Shown here piece after piece: positions 49,136 to 60,791 of a DNA stretch of 64,000 nt. Below the pieces are notes generated by a model. It was given only the letters and a program-made list of their open reading frames with translations, was not told the DNA's origin and searched no databases. The stretch covers positions 324,224 through 388,223 of the forward strand of contig CAVTBL010000017.1 in assembly GCA_963732945.1 (NCBI GenBank). Reading direction: 5' to 3'. Numbering within the stretch: position 1 is the stretch's first letter; every line of letters starts with the position of its first letter. The translations under genes and the position numbers were made by a program. Source of the DNA: an uncultured Chloroflexia bacterium (lineage in GTDB: Bacteria > Chloroflexota > Dehalococcoidia > DSTF01 > WHTK01).

Positions 49136-50344
49136 ATGAAGCGCAGCACGGACAGAATCCTCACGACGCACACGGGAAGCCTGGTCCGCCCGGTCGAGAT
49201 CGTCGAGATGATGCGGCGCATCGAGGCCGGCGAGCCGGTCGACAACGCCGAGCTGGACGCAAAGCTGCGCACCGCCGTCGCCGGTGTCGTGAAGCAGCAG
49301 GCGGATACGGGCGTCGACGTGCCCAGCGACGGCGAGTTCGGCAAGCGCGGCTGGACGTCCTACATCTCGGAGCGCCTGGGCGGGCTCGAATCGTTCACGG
49401 CACCGTACTCCGGCATCGTCAACAGCCTCGCGGGCGCCGAGATCGAGCGCTATCGCGGCTTCTACGAGATGTACAACCGCTACGAGCGCACGCTGTGGCT
49501 GCCCGCTGGCCTCGACGCGCCAACCGCGACAGACGCACCGAGCTCCGGCTGGCGCTGCGTCGGGCCGATTACCTACACGGGACAGGCGGCGATCCATCGC
49601 GACGTCGCAAATCTCAAGGCGGCGATGGCGTCGGCGGGACTCGAGGAGGCGTTTCTGCCCGTGGCGGCGCCGTGTAGCGTCGAGGCGACGCGCGCCAACA
49701 GCTATTACGACCGCGAGGAGGACTACCTGTTCGCGCTGGCCGACGCGCTGCACGAGGAGTATCGCGCCATCGTGGACGCCGGTCTGCTGCTCCAGGTTGA
49801 CGACGCATTCATGCCCGCCGTCTACCCGCGTATGCTGCAGAGCGGCAGCGAGCAGCAGTACCGCGACTACGTCAACCTGACGATCGACGCCCTGAATCAC
49901 GCGCTCGAGGGCATCCCCGAGGACCGCGTGCGCTACCACATCTGCTGGGGCAGCCAGAATGTGCCGCACACCTGGGACGTGCCGCTCGAGCAAATCGTCG
50001 ACCTGATGCTGCGGGTCAATGCTCAGGCCTACGTCATCGAGGCAGCGAACCCGCGTCACGAGCACGAGTGGGCGGTCTGGGAGCAGACGAAGCTTCCGGC
50101 AGGCAAGATCCTCGTCCCGGGCGTGGTCACGCATTCGACCAACGTGGTTGAGCATCCACGCCTCGTGGCACAGCGCATCGAGAACTTCGCGCGCCTGGTC
50201 GGCCGTGAGAACGTAATCGCGGGCACGGACTGCGGCTTCTCGCAGAACTGGAACCTGATCCGCGTCCACCCCGAGGTGCAGTGGGCCAAGCTGGGCGCGC
50301 TGGTCGAGGGCGCGCAGCTGGCGTCGCAGGCGCTCTGGGCCTGA
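49136..50344 (+). CDS. MetE-like (UROD-fold) protein, paralog 3
   Basis: MKRSTDRILTTHTGSLVRP..SDGEFGKRGW..CVGPITYTGQA..VRYHICWGSQN..IEAANPRHEHEW..GTDCGF. ATG at 49136. The ORF-track start at 49025 is unsupported. Confidence 0.85.
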   Translation: MKRSTDRILTTHTGSLVRPVEIVEMMRRIEAGEPVDNAELDAKLRTAVAGVVKQQADTGVDVPSDGEFGKRGWTSYISERLGGLESFTAPYSGIVNSLAGAEIERYRGFYEMYNRYERTLWLPAGLDAPTATDAPSSGWRCVGPITYTGQAAIHRDVANLKAAMASAGLEEAFLPVAAPCSVEATRANSYYDREEDYLFALADALHEEYRAIVDAGLLLQVDDAFMPAVYPRMLQSGSEQQYRDYVNLTIDALNHALEGIPEDRVRYHICWGSQNVPHTWDVPLEQIVDLMLRVNAQAYVIEAANPRHEHEWAVWEQTKLPAGKILVPGVVTHSTNVVEHPRLVAQRIENFARLVGRENVIAGTDCGFSQNWNLIRVHPEVQWAKLGALVEGAQLASQALWA

Positions 50345-50358
50345 AATCGCGCTGCCGG

Positions 50359-51147
50359 TTAACCGGCGACGGGACGCTCTACGTAGTCGTCGCCGATACG
50401 CCGGTCCTCGCCGGCAATCAGCCACGGGATCATGACCAGCAGCACCGCGAGCACTCCTGCGAGAAAGACGCCGTCGAAGGTGCCGGCGCCGCCAATGCTG
50501 GCGATCGGCGCGCCGAGATCGCCGATGCGATAAAGGTTGAGCAGGTCGGCGCCGATTAGGGTGCCGAGCGTGCCGCTGACGTAGGCGGCTACGAGTGCGT
50601 GCTGCAGGTTCCCGCCCGCGATCACCGCGACTACCATCGCCGAGAACGCGGCCAGCGCCGGCGGCAGAAACGCCGGTAGTGCGACGCCGAAGCCGGGGAT
50701 GAGCTGCGCAAAGTGGTTTACGGCGAAGACGACCGGGATTGTGGCGAGCAGCGCGTAGGGCAGGCTGCGCGGGAATCGCAGCGCCAGGTAGACGCACACC
50801 GCCAGCGGTACCAGCGCCCCGCCCACGTTGATAGCGACGATCGTGTCGTGGCTGGCGATGCTGTGCACCGGGACGCGGTACAGCGCGTGGTGATACCTGA
50901 CGAAGCGCTCGGAGACCAGCGGCACGCTGGAGCCGATCGTGGTCACGGGCAGGTCGAAGCTGCTACCGATCAGCGACGCCATGACGACGGCCACTGCAGC
51001 CCCGGCCGACATCCCGAGGCGCGCGAACGCTGAGCTGATCGCGCCGAAGAAGATGAACGAAGCGAGCACCACCGCCGCGGCGATGAGGAAGGCATCGAAT
51101 CCCGACGGCGACTGGCCGTAGAAGAGCTGATTCAGCAGATCGAACAC
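50359..51147 (-). CDS. DUF1614 domain membrane protein
   Basis: ..AINVGGALVPLAV..GADLLNL..SIGGAGTFDGVFLAGVLAVLL.. Motifs recalled for DUF1614. Confidence 0.65.
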   Translation of the reverse strand: MFDLLNQLFYGQSPSGFDAFLIAAAVVLASFIFFGAISSAFARLGMSAGAAVAVVMASLIGSSFDLPVTTIGSSVPLVSERFVRYHHALYRVPVHSIASHDTIVAINVGGALVPLAVCVYLALRFPRSLPYALLATIPVVFAVNHFAQLIPGFGVALPAFLPPALAAFSAMVVAVIAGGNLQHALVAAYVSGTLGTLIGADLLNLYRIGDLGAPIASIGGAGTFDGVFLAGVLAVLLVMIPWLIAGEDRRIGDDYVERPVAG

Positions 51148-51375
51148 ACGAGGACCCTGAATTCATCTTACGCCGGGCCGGGACTCGCTGCGGTCTGCGC
51201 CGGGCAGTTCACCGGCCCTCTTTGCCAGTTCAAGAGCTCGTCAGATGCCGGAAGGCTGCGGCGAGCGAGCCATGAAACGCGGTTACAGCTTTTTCTCGGA
51301 CAGAGCCGAATGGCCTATTTGCAAAGTCGCGTTCCCTGGATACCGTTAAGCAGTTAAGAGAGGAGGCTGCACCCC

Positions 51376-52740
51376 ATGCTCAACAAAGAGGACAACGAGC
51401 TAATCACCAACATCGAAGAGGGCACGCCAATGGGCGAGACCTTCCGTCGCTTCTGGCTGCCCGTCATGCTGGCCAGCGAGCTGCCGGTTCCGGACTGCGA
51501 GCCGGTTCGAATCAAGATCCTCGCCGAGGACCTGATTGCGTTCCGCGACACCGAGGGGCGCGTCGGCCTGGTGGACGCGTACTGCCCCCACCGTGGCGCT
51601 CCCATGTTCTACGGCCGCAACGAAGAGAACGGCCTGCGCTGCGTCTACCACGGTTGGAAGTTCGACACCGAGGGCGTCTGCGTCGACCTGCCTAGCGCAC
51701 CTGAAGGCGACACCTACAAGGACAAGATCAAGATCAAGCGCTACCCCTGCGTCGAAGCGGGTGACCTGATCTGGGCTTACATGGGCCCGGCCGACAAGCA
51801 ACCGCCTTTCCCACGCTTCGAGTGGCTCGACCTGCCTCAGAGCCATCGCTACGTTCGCAAGTTCAAGCTGGAGTGCAATTACCTGCAGGCCATGGAGGGT
51901 GACTACGACCCGTCGCACGCCCTGTTCCTGCACAGCACGATCGAGGACGCATCGATTCCCCACGCCCTCAACCCGACGGCGCTCAACGGCCTCTCGAGGC
52001 AGCTGGGCAGAGTCGGACGCCAGCCTACCGAGGACCCGTTCCCGCGTGCAGTGGGAAACCGGCGCGTCCTCAACAAGCCCGTCGCCGAGCTCGAAGACAC
52101 TGAGTCCGGGATCATTTCGCTCGCGGTCCTCGAGGACGTGCCGGGACGATGGCTGGCCAACCTCGGCGTCACGATCATGCTGCCGATCTTCTGCACCGCC
52201 GGCATCGCCGGGCCGAACACGTACAGCAGCAACATGCGTGTGCCGATCGACAACAAGAGCCTGATGTTCTTCCGCTTGCGCTGGAGCTACAGCCCGATCC
52301 CACAGCGCGACATCGACGAGTACTCGAACAACGACTGGTACTACCCTCGCCTGATCCCGGGCACGTTCATCCCGCAGGACAACGTCCACAACAGCTACAA
52401 CCTCGACCGCGACAAGCAGCGCAAGGAGAACTACACCGGCATCCGCACCTTCCCGCTGCAGGACATCGCGATGATGGAGGACCAGTGGGGCCCGATCGCC
52501 GAGCGCGACAAGGAGCACCTGGCGAGCTACGACTACCAGATCATCCATGTCAGGCAGCGTCTCCTGAAGGTCGCGAAGAACATGGCGCGGGGCATCGAAC
52601 CCTCGGAGCCGTGGCACCCCGATGCTTACTGCTACCACCAGGCCGTGGGCGAAGGAGCGACCAAAGAGGAGGCAATTGCAAAGGCGAAGGCAGATGGCCT
52701 CGCGCCGCGAACCGAGCTGACCGCGCGCGTTTCAGTCTGA
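51376..52740 (+). CDS. Rieske [2Fe-2S] ring-hydroxylating oxygenase alpha subunit (phthalate/KshA-type), paralog 1
   Basis: CPHRGAPMFYGRNEENGLRCVYHGWKF (CxH..CxxH) and NYLQAMEGDYDPSHALFLHS (the mononuclear Fe site). Confidence 0.9.
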   Translation: MLNKEDNELITNIEEGTPMGETFRRFWLPVMLASELPVPDCEPVRIKILAEDLIAFRDTEGRVGLVDAYCPHRGAPMFYGRNEENGLRCVYHGWKFDTEGVCVDLPSAPEGDTYKDKIKIKRYPCVEAGDLIWAYMGPADKQPPFPRFEWLDLPQSHRYVRKFKLECNYLQAMEGDYDPSHALFLHSTIEDASIPHALNPTALNGLSRQLGRVGRQPTEDPFPRAVGNRRVLNKPVAELEDTESGIISLAVLEDVPGRWLANLGVTIMLPIFCTAGIAGPNTYSSNMRVPIDNKSLMFFRLRWSYSPIPQRDIDEYSNNDWYYPRLIPGTFIPQDNVHNSYNLDRDKQRKENYTGIRTFPLQDIAMMEDQWGPIAERDKEHLASYDYQIIHVRQRLLKVAKNMARGIEPSEPWHPDAYCYHQAVGEGATKEEAIAKAKADGLAPRTELTARVSV

Positions 52741-52771
52741 GATACGGCAACTCGGTCTTCAGCTTCGCACT

Positions 52772-52820
52772 GTTGCGCCGCGCCCGAGTGTTACCTCGAA
52801 GCGCGGCGCAACTTTGCGTT
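52772..52820 (+). terminator. intrinsic terminator
   Basis: Perfect 12-bp stem, GTTGCGCCGCGC (52772-52783) with GCGCGGCGCAAC (52801-52812), followed by TTTGCGTT. Confidence 0.7.
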
Positions 52821-52831
52821 ACGAGCGCGCG

Positions 52832-53227
52832 TTAATAGCAGCGAATCTCGATCTCGTTGGCGTCAGGGTCGAGGATGTAGATCGACATCGCCTGGCCGCG
52901 GGCGCCCCAGCGCGACACGGGCCGGCGCACGATGGTCACACCCTGGCCCTCGAGGTCGTCGGCGAGCGCTGCGAGGTCTGTAGCTTCGCTGACCAGGCAG
53001 AAGTGGTTGAGGTTGCGGTCCGTCTGCACGACGCGCTCGGCGCGCATCAGGTCAATCAGCGTGTGTTCGTTGATCCGCACGGAAGGGAACCCGACCTTGC
53101 CGGCGCGAAACTCCTCGACGCGCTCGGCCGCGAGTCCGAGCGTGCCGCTGTAGAACGCGATCGAGCGCTCAACGTCGCTCACGTTGAGCACGATGTGGTC
53201 CATCTCGACGATGCAAAGCTTGCTCAT
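52832..53227 (-). CDS. VOC family (glyoxalase/extradiol-dioxygenase fold) protein
   Basis: ..MDHIVLNVSDVERSIAFYSGTLGL...IYILDPDANEIEI. Confidence 0.8.
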   Translation of the reverse strand: MSKLCIVEMDHIVLNVSDVERSIAFYSGTLGLAAERVEEFRAGKVGFPSVRINEHTLIDLMRAERVVQTDRNLNHFCLVSEATDLAALADDLEGQGVTIVRRPVSRWGARGQAMSIYILDPDANEIEIRCY

Positions 53228-53421
53228 GCTGCCGTCACCTCGAGAGCATTATCGAGGCGTGAGCCCCGTCGCGACTACTGCCCTGGCCGTCGTCTGATAT
53301 TGAGACGAAACGTTGACAACTTAACGGTCGCAACCTAGTGTGGCGGCGCGGTCGAGGGCCGGCGCCGCACGCGTTCCCACCGCATTTGCCTCACAACCTA
53401 CGGCACTCGAGGAGGACAACG

Positions 53422-54756
53422 ATGCTGAACAAGAACGACAACGAGACGCTGTGTCGAGTCGGGCCGGGTACGCCGATGGGCGACCTGATGCGCGAGTACT
53501 GGTTCCCGGCGATCCCGTCGTTCGAGCTGCCGTCGCCGGACTGCGCGCCGAAGAAGGTGCGCCTGCTCGGCGAGGACCTGGTTGCGTTCCGCGACTCGGA
53601 GGGCCGGGTCGGGCTGTTCGCCCAGGCCTGCCCGCATCGCGGCGCCTCGTTGTTCTTCGGACGTAACGAGGAAGAAGGCCTGCGCTGCGTCTACCACGGC
53701 TGGAAGTTCGACGTGAACGGCGACTGCGTCGACATGCCTTCCGAGCCGGCCGAGAGCAACTTCAAGAACAAGGTGCGGGTTCGCTCCTACCCGGCGCGCG
53801 ACGTGAACCACATGATCTGGGTCTACATGGGCCCGCGGGAGACACCGCCGCCCTTCCCGCTGTTCGACATCGCCACGCTGCCCATCGACCACGTGTCGCA
53901 GCCGCGCCTGATGATGGAAGAGGCGAACTGGTTCCAGAACCTCGAGGGCGACATCGACTCGGTGCACATCGACTACCTGCACTCGCGCCTGCACCCGGAC
54001 CGGATGATGGCGGGCGGCATCCGCGGCTTCTACACCCGCGACCGCGCTCCGAAGCTCGATGTCGTGCGCACGGATTACGGCGCCTTCTACTCGGCGCGGC
54101 GCCAATGGGACGACGCCGGCAACGAGTGGCACCGGATAACGCAGCTGATCTTCCCGTTCCACACCATGATCGCCGCCAGCGCCGGCGACACCGTGACATT
54201 GCGCTCCTGGGTGCCGATCGACGACCACTACACGCTACAGATCGCCCAGACGGGCAGCCTCAGCCGGCCGCTGACGCCGGAGGAGCGCGACGCCCCGCTG
54301 CACCAGTTCGACATCGCTGGCGGCATCCTGCCCGAGACCAGCGACCCGCGCTCGCGCTACTTCACGGTCGCCAACAAGCGCAACGACTTCTTGCGCGACT
54401 TCGAGCTCGAGCAGACGACGCAGTTCTGCGGCATCATCTTCGCCGGCAACCTGCAGGACCGTGCGATGACGGAGCTGATGTGCAACGAGGACGGCATCGA
54501 GCCGATCTACGACCGCTCGAAGGAGCACCTCGGCACGACGGACCAGATGGTGATCACGGCCCGCCGCCTGTTCATCCGCGCCGCTCGTGCCCACCACGAA
54601 GACGGAATATCGCCGCCCAACGTAGAGAACCCTCGAGTCGGCGCGGTGCGGTCGGCGTCCGCCATCCTGCCGCCAAACGCAAACTGGGTTCAGGAGACAG
54701 AGGCGGCTCGCAGCGCTTTCGGCGGCGTCGAGGTCGCCTACGTAACGCCTACCTGA
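53422..54756 (+). CDS. Rieske [2Fe-2S] ring-hydroxylating oxygenase alpha subunit, paralog 2
   Basis: MLNKNDNETLCRVGPGTPMG..CPHRGASLFFGRNEEEGLRCVYHGWKF..NLEGDIDSVHIDYLHS. ATG at 53422 after GGAGGA. Confidence 0.9.
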   Translation: MLNKNDNETLCRVGPGTPMGDLMREYWFPAIPSFELPSPDCAPKKVRLLGEDLVAFRDSEGRVGLFAQACPHRGASLFFGRNEEEGLRCVYHGWKFDVNGDCVDMPSEPAESNFKNKVRVRSYPARDVNHMIWVYMGPRETPPPFPLFDIATLPIDHVSQPRLMMEEANWFQNLEGDIDSVHIDYLHSRLHPDRMMAGGIRGFYTRDRAPKLDVVRTDYGAFYSARRQWDDAGNEWHRITQLIFPFHTMIAASAGDTVTLRSWVPIDDHYTLQIAQTGSLSRPLTPEERDAPLHQFDIAGGILPETSDPRSRYFTVANKRNDFLRDFELEQTTQFCGIIFAGNLQDRAMTELMCNEDGIEPIYDRSKEHLGTTDQMVITARRLFIRAARAHHEDGISPPNVENPRVGAVRSASAILPPNANWVQETEAARSAFGGVEVAYVTPT

Positions 54757-54758
54757 GA

Positions 54759-55430
54759 CTAAACACGGGCCAGTAGCTGATTCGCGACGTCGTCGAGGTC
54801 ACGGCCGACGATGTCGGGCTGCTTGCCGAGCGGGCTCGGCACGGCGCCGGGTCGAGCCACGAAGGCGGCTCGCGCGCCCGCGGCCAGCGCGCCGCTGACG
54901 TCCCAGGCGTGCGCCGCGATCAGACGCACATCGCCGATCGGCGTCGAAGTGCGCTGCGCAACGTAGACGTAAGGCGCCGCGGCGGGCTTGAGCGCGCGCA
55001 CCTCGTCGGCCGAGATCGTGGCCTCGAACAGGTCGGCGATGCCTGCGAACTCGACCTGCGCCTTCGCCACCTCGAGGGTCGAGTTGGTCAGCGTGACCTG
55101 CCGGTAGCCGGCGTCCCTGAGCCTGCGCAGCGCCGCCGGTACCTCTGGGTGAGGCGGCAGGCGTCGCATGCCCCCGACAATCGATTCCGCCTGCTCCTGC
55201 GTGAGGCTGCGGCCGGCACGCTGCGCGACCATCTGCAACGCGGCGTGCTGAGCCGACGTGAAGTCGACGTACTCGTGCGTGAGGCCGCCTACGAACGAGA
55301 GCTGCAGCATCGTCTGGAACCAGGCGGGACGCAGCGACGCGTCGCCGAACACGGCCTCGAACAGGGGGTCGAGGGCACGCAGGTCCAGCAGCGTCTCGTT
55401 GACATCGAATGCGAGGAGCTCGGCGGGCAT
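54759..55430 (-). CDS. haloacid dehalogenase type II / HAD-superfamily hydrolase
   Basis: ..LLAFDVNETLLDL.. (DxN/DxT motif I), TNS (motif II), and ..AAHAWDV.. (motif IV region). Confidence 0.8.
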   Translation of the reverse strand: MPAELLAFDVNETLLDLRALDPLFEAVFGDASLRPAWFQTMLQLSFVGGLTHEYVDFTSAQHAALQMVAQRAGRSLTQEQAESIVGGMRRLPPHPEVPAALRRLRDAGYRQVTLTNSTLEVAKAQVEFAGIADLFEATISADEVRALKPAAAPYVYVAQRTSTPIGDVRLIAAHAWDVSGALAAGARAAFVARPGAVPSPLGKQPDIVGRDLDDVANQLLARV

Positions 55431-55509
55431 CGGTGGCGACCTTTCGGAAGATACGGCAGGGCTTTCGTTAATGGTACGCCGGGGCGTGTGGACATGGCGG
55501 GGCGTTCGA

Positions 55510-55546
55510 CCCTCACCCTAACCCTCTCCCTGCCAGGGCGAGGGGA
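55510..55546. repeat. REP-like GC-rich hairpin element
   Basis: CCCTCACCCTAACCCTCTCCCTGCCAGGGCGAGGGGA. The arms 55522-55531 and 55535-55544 pair with one mismatch. This sequence type recurs intergenically in several phyla (from memory). Only one copy lies in this window. Confidence 0.35.
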
Positions 55547-55716
55547 TCTTCTTTGATCGGGCTGGCGCCGGAGGTCCGTGGTGTGCGTCGAATCTCGGGA
55601 TGTCTGCTGATAGCGCCTGGATTCGATTGACAGCGCTGGGCGGCGCGCGTAGGTTTGCGGCGTCGCGCTGACTTAAGCGGATTCACGGTTAGTTGATACG
55701 CACTCGGGAGGGTGAG

Positions 55717-56787
55717 ATGGCTGAAATCGTTATCGGTACGAGTCTTCCTCAGACGGGCTCCTACGCCGAGACGCAGTTCCTGCAGTACTCCCGCGCTTAC
55801 GACCTCTGGGTGCGCGACGTCAACGCGGCGGGCGGCATCCTGGGGCGCCAGGTGCGGCTGCTCTGGTACGACGACTTCGGCAAGCCGGAGCAGTGCGAGG
55901 CGAACTTCAAGCGACTGATCAACGAGGACCACGTCGACCTGCTGCTCGGTCCCTGCCACAGCATCCTGATCGAGCCGATGGCGCACGTCGTCGAAGAGGC
56001 GCAGATGCTGCTGCTCGAGGGCAGCGGCAGCGTCTCCGAGATGTTTCGCCAGGGCCGCAAGTGGCTGTTCCTGTGCTGGGACGCCGACTGCAACTACATG
56101 AAGAGCTACCTCGAGTTCATGAGCGCGCCGTCCAACCCGCAGCGCGTCAGCAAGGTCGGCTCGCTGGCGGGCAACCGGCCCCGCGGCCTCGGTCACGCAC
56201 GCGGCGTGCACGAGCACGCGGAGCGCATGGGCCTGCAGGTCGTGTTCGACGAGCTGACGAAGGGCGAGGTCGACTACGCCGAGGTGTTCAAGCGCGCCAA
56301 GGCGTCCGGCGCCGAGTCGATCATGTGGGACATCGAGGCGCGCGGCGACGACAAGAAGAACGCAATCGCGGCGGCGATCGCTGCCGGGTTCAAGGCGTCG
56401 CAGCTCTGGCTGTCGGAGAGCCCGGGCCAGAAGGTCGAGGACGGCGTGTTCAGCCGCGTCACCTGGCTGCCCGCCGACCCGCGCCCGATGTCGCAGAAGT
56501 TCCTCAAGGACTTCGTGGCGATGAGCGGCGCCGAGCCCGAGTACCACTCGGCCGGCGGTTACGCCTGCGGCCAGGTGCTGCATCAGGCGGTTGAAGCGAC
56601 CGGGAGCCTCGACAACGCGAAGCTGCGCGACGCGGTGCTGAGCATGAGCTTCGAGACCGTGATGGGCCCGCTGCGCTACGGCGAGGACGGTCTGCCGGTC
56701 GCGAGCTTCCCGGTGGCGCAATGGCAGAACGGCGTGCCGCAGCTCGTGTACCCGGACGCGGCGAAGACGGCAGAGGCGATTTTGTAG
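55717..56787 (+). CDS. periplasmic-binding-protein type 1 (LivJ/AmiC-like) protein without signal peptide
   Basis: MAEIVIGTSLPQTGSYAE..VNAAGGILGRQVRLLWYDD... ATG at 55717 after GGGAGG. An in-frame stop upstream excludes a hidden signal peptide. Confidence 0.8.
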   Translation: MAEIVIGTSLPQTGSYAETQFLQYSRAYDLWVRDVNAAGGILGRQVRLLWYDDFGKPEQCEANFKRLINEDHVDLLLGPCHSILIEPMAHVVEEAQMLLLEGSGSVSEMFRQGRKWLFLCWDADCNYMKSYLEFMSAPSNPQRVSKVGSLAGNRPRGLGHARGVHEHAERMGLQVVFDELTKGEVDYAEVFKRAKASGAESIMWDIEARGDDKKNAIAAAIAAGFKASQLWLSESPGQKVEDGVFSRVTWLPADPRPMSQKFLKDFVAMSGAEPEYHSAGGYACGQVLHQAVEATGSLDNAKLRDAVLSMSFETVMGPLRYGEDGLPVASFPVAQWQNGVPQLVYPDAAKTAEAIL

Positions 56788-56980
56788 CAGCACGGCAGCG
56801 CGGCAGGCGGACGAAGCGTCAGCCCTCACCACGTCTCTAACGGCGGTGGTTCCTGTGAATCTCGCCTCTCCCAGGGAGCGAGGAAGCGTCATCACGCCGC
56901 CGAATCGTTTCGCGTCTTCGCATACGCGAATGAACCGCTTGCTACGGGTGGGTGCATGTCGATAAATTCGATAGCAGGCG

Positions 56981-57298
56981 ATGACCAGCAAACCGTTGGA
57001 GCAGGATGAGGGCGACGTCGCGACGGAACAACGCACCGAGGTGCGTCAGCCGCCGCTGTTCAAGGTGTTCCTGCACAACGACGACTACACGACGCAGCAG
57101 TTCGTCGTCTTCATCCTGGAATCGGTCTTCAACCACCCGCGCGAGATGGCGCATCAGATCATGATGCACGTGCACACGCGCGGGATCGGCGTCGCGGGGC
57201 TGTTCACCTACGAGGTCGCGGAGGCCAAGGTGCAGAAGGTGCACGAGCTGGCGCGCGCCAAGGACTTCCCGCTGCAGTGCAGCATCGAGCCGGAGTAA
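56981..57298 (+). CDS. clpS: ATP-dependent Clp protease adaptor ClpS
   Basis: ..PPLFKVFLHNDDYTTQQFVVFILESVF..MMHVHTRGIGVAG... Confidence 0.95.
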   Translation: MTSKPLEQDEGDVATEQRTEVRQPPLFKVFLHNDDYTTQQFVVFILESVFNHPREMAHQIMMHVHTRGIGVAGLFTYEVAEAKVQKVHELARAKDFPLQCSIEPE

Positions 57299-57331
57299 GC
57301 GCGGCGCAGACGCATCCCGTAAGCTTGATCC

Positions 57332-59629
<2,298 letters not shown>

Positions 59630-59655
59630 CGTCTGGTGATTGACGAACTGTCTTT

Positions 59656-59732
59656 GCGAGCGGAGCGAAGCAATCTCACGGCTTCCGCGTTACGCCTCCT
59701 ACAAGCGCGAGATTGCGTCGTCGGCTTCGTGC
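59656..59732. repeat. REP-like imperfect palindrome
   Basis: ..GCGAGCGGAGCGAAGCAATCTCACG.. and ..CGCGAGATTGCGTCGTCGGCTTCG.. The core GCAATCTC (59670-59677) pairs with GAGATTGC (59709-59716). Single copy in the window. Confidence 0.3.
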
Positions 59733-59874
59733 CTGAAAGACTCGACGCGATGCGCGTAATTCAGAGGCCCATCCGGGAGCCCAGGCCGCTGCAGGCTGCT
59801 CCAGCTCGAGTCGGTCAGCAGCAGCACGATCACGGTTAGGGCGCCGATCCCTCGAGCAGCTTGAGGCAATACAA

Positions 59875-59901
59875 TGCGGCCTCCCCTTTAGGGGGAGGCC
59901 G
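59875..59901 (-). terminator. hairpin terminator downstream of the lipoprotein gene
   Basis: GCGGCCTCCCC (59875-59885) pairs with GGGGAGGCCGC (59891-59901). It lies 26 nt after the minus-strand stop at 59927. The minus strand continues with a T-rich CATTGTATTG. Confidence 0.65.
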
Positions 59902-59926
59902 CGCAACGGTCCGTGCGGTGGGCCGG

Positions 59927-60400
59927 CTAGAGACCGAGCTGATCGGCGAAGTTCTCGATGGTCGTGTGCATGTTGGCGAGCTGGTCGTTGATCTGCTGCT
60001 TCAGCTGGTCGTACTGAGGACCGGAGGCGTTCTGAGCCTGCTGAAGCTTGGATTTGAGGCTGTCGACCTGGTTCTGAAGGTCGTCGGCCTTCTGCTGGGC
60101 CTGCGCCTTCTGGTCCGCGCTCAGGCTGGGGAGGCCGTTGCGGACGTCCTGCAGGCGAGCCTCGAGCTTGTCGATCTGGTCCTGCACGTCCTGCTGAAAC
60201 TGGGTGCGCGTTTCGTCTTGGGCCGTCGCGGGCGGCGTCGGCAGATTGCCGGGTACAGTCGCTGTCGGAGTACCCGTCGTGCTGCCGGTGCCGGTGCCGC
60301 TGGACGAGTTGTTGTTCGAGCTACCGCAAGCCGCCACGCCCACAGTCAGCACTGCAATCAGAACTGGTGCGATCAGTAGCTTGAGCCGGTTCATTTTCAT
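59927..60400 (-). CDS. lipoprotein with Gln-rich coiled-coil domain
   Basis: MKMNRLKLLIAPVLIAVLTVGVAACGSSNNN.. gives a lipobox and Ser/Gly/Thr linker, followed by heptad-like Q/D/L-rich sequence. Confidence 0.6.
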   Translation of the reverse strand: MKMNRLKLLIAPVLIAVLTVGVAACGSSNNNSSSGTGTGSTTGTPTATVPGNLPTPPATAQDETRTQFQQDVQDQIDKLEARLQDVRNGLPSLSADQKAQAQQKADDLQNQVDSLKSKLQQAQNASGPQYDQLKQQINDQLANMHTTIENFADQLGL

Positions 60401-60791
60401 GTTTCACCTCTCTTCACACCGCCATATCCACTCGATCGCAGGTTAAGCGAGCGGCCGTTGCGCCGAGAACAAAGGCCAAGCGTGAAGAGGTAGAGCCCGC
60501 CTTGCGAAGGCGCGTAAGAAGCATCGCAGTGCTTCGAGGCGCCGGGAAAAACGAAAGTGATGCTACGTACGGTTGGGCCGGGAGCGTCGATTATCGTTTC
60601 GAATGCTGCGTAGACGGTTTGTCCGGTGTTGTCGATAAGTCTTCGGTGCGCGCGCTTGTTCCTATCCGAATCGGGCGTTAACATCGCAAATACGGTCGGG
60701 GCCTGCGCAAGACGCATTTCTAGACTCCGATCCGCCTTCCGCCACCCTTCTTGCGAAGGGCAGGCCAGAGAGCCCCGGGGAGGTCTCGTTC

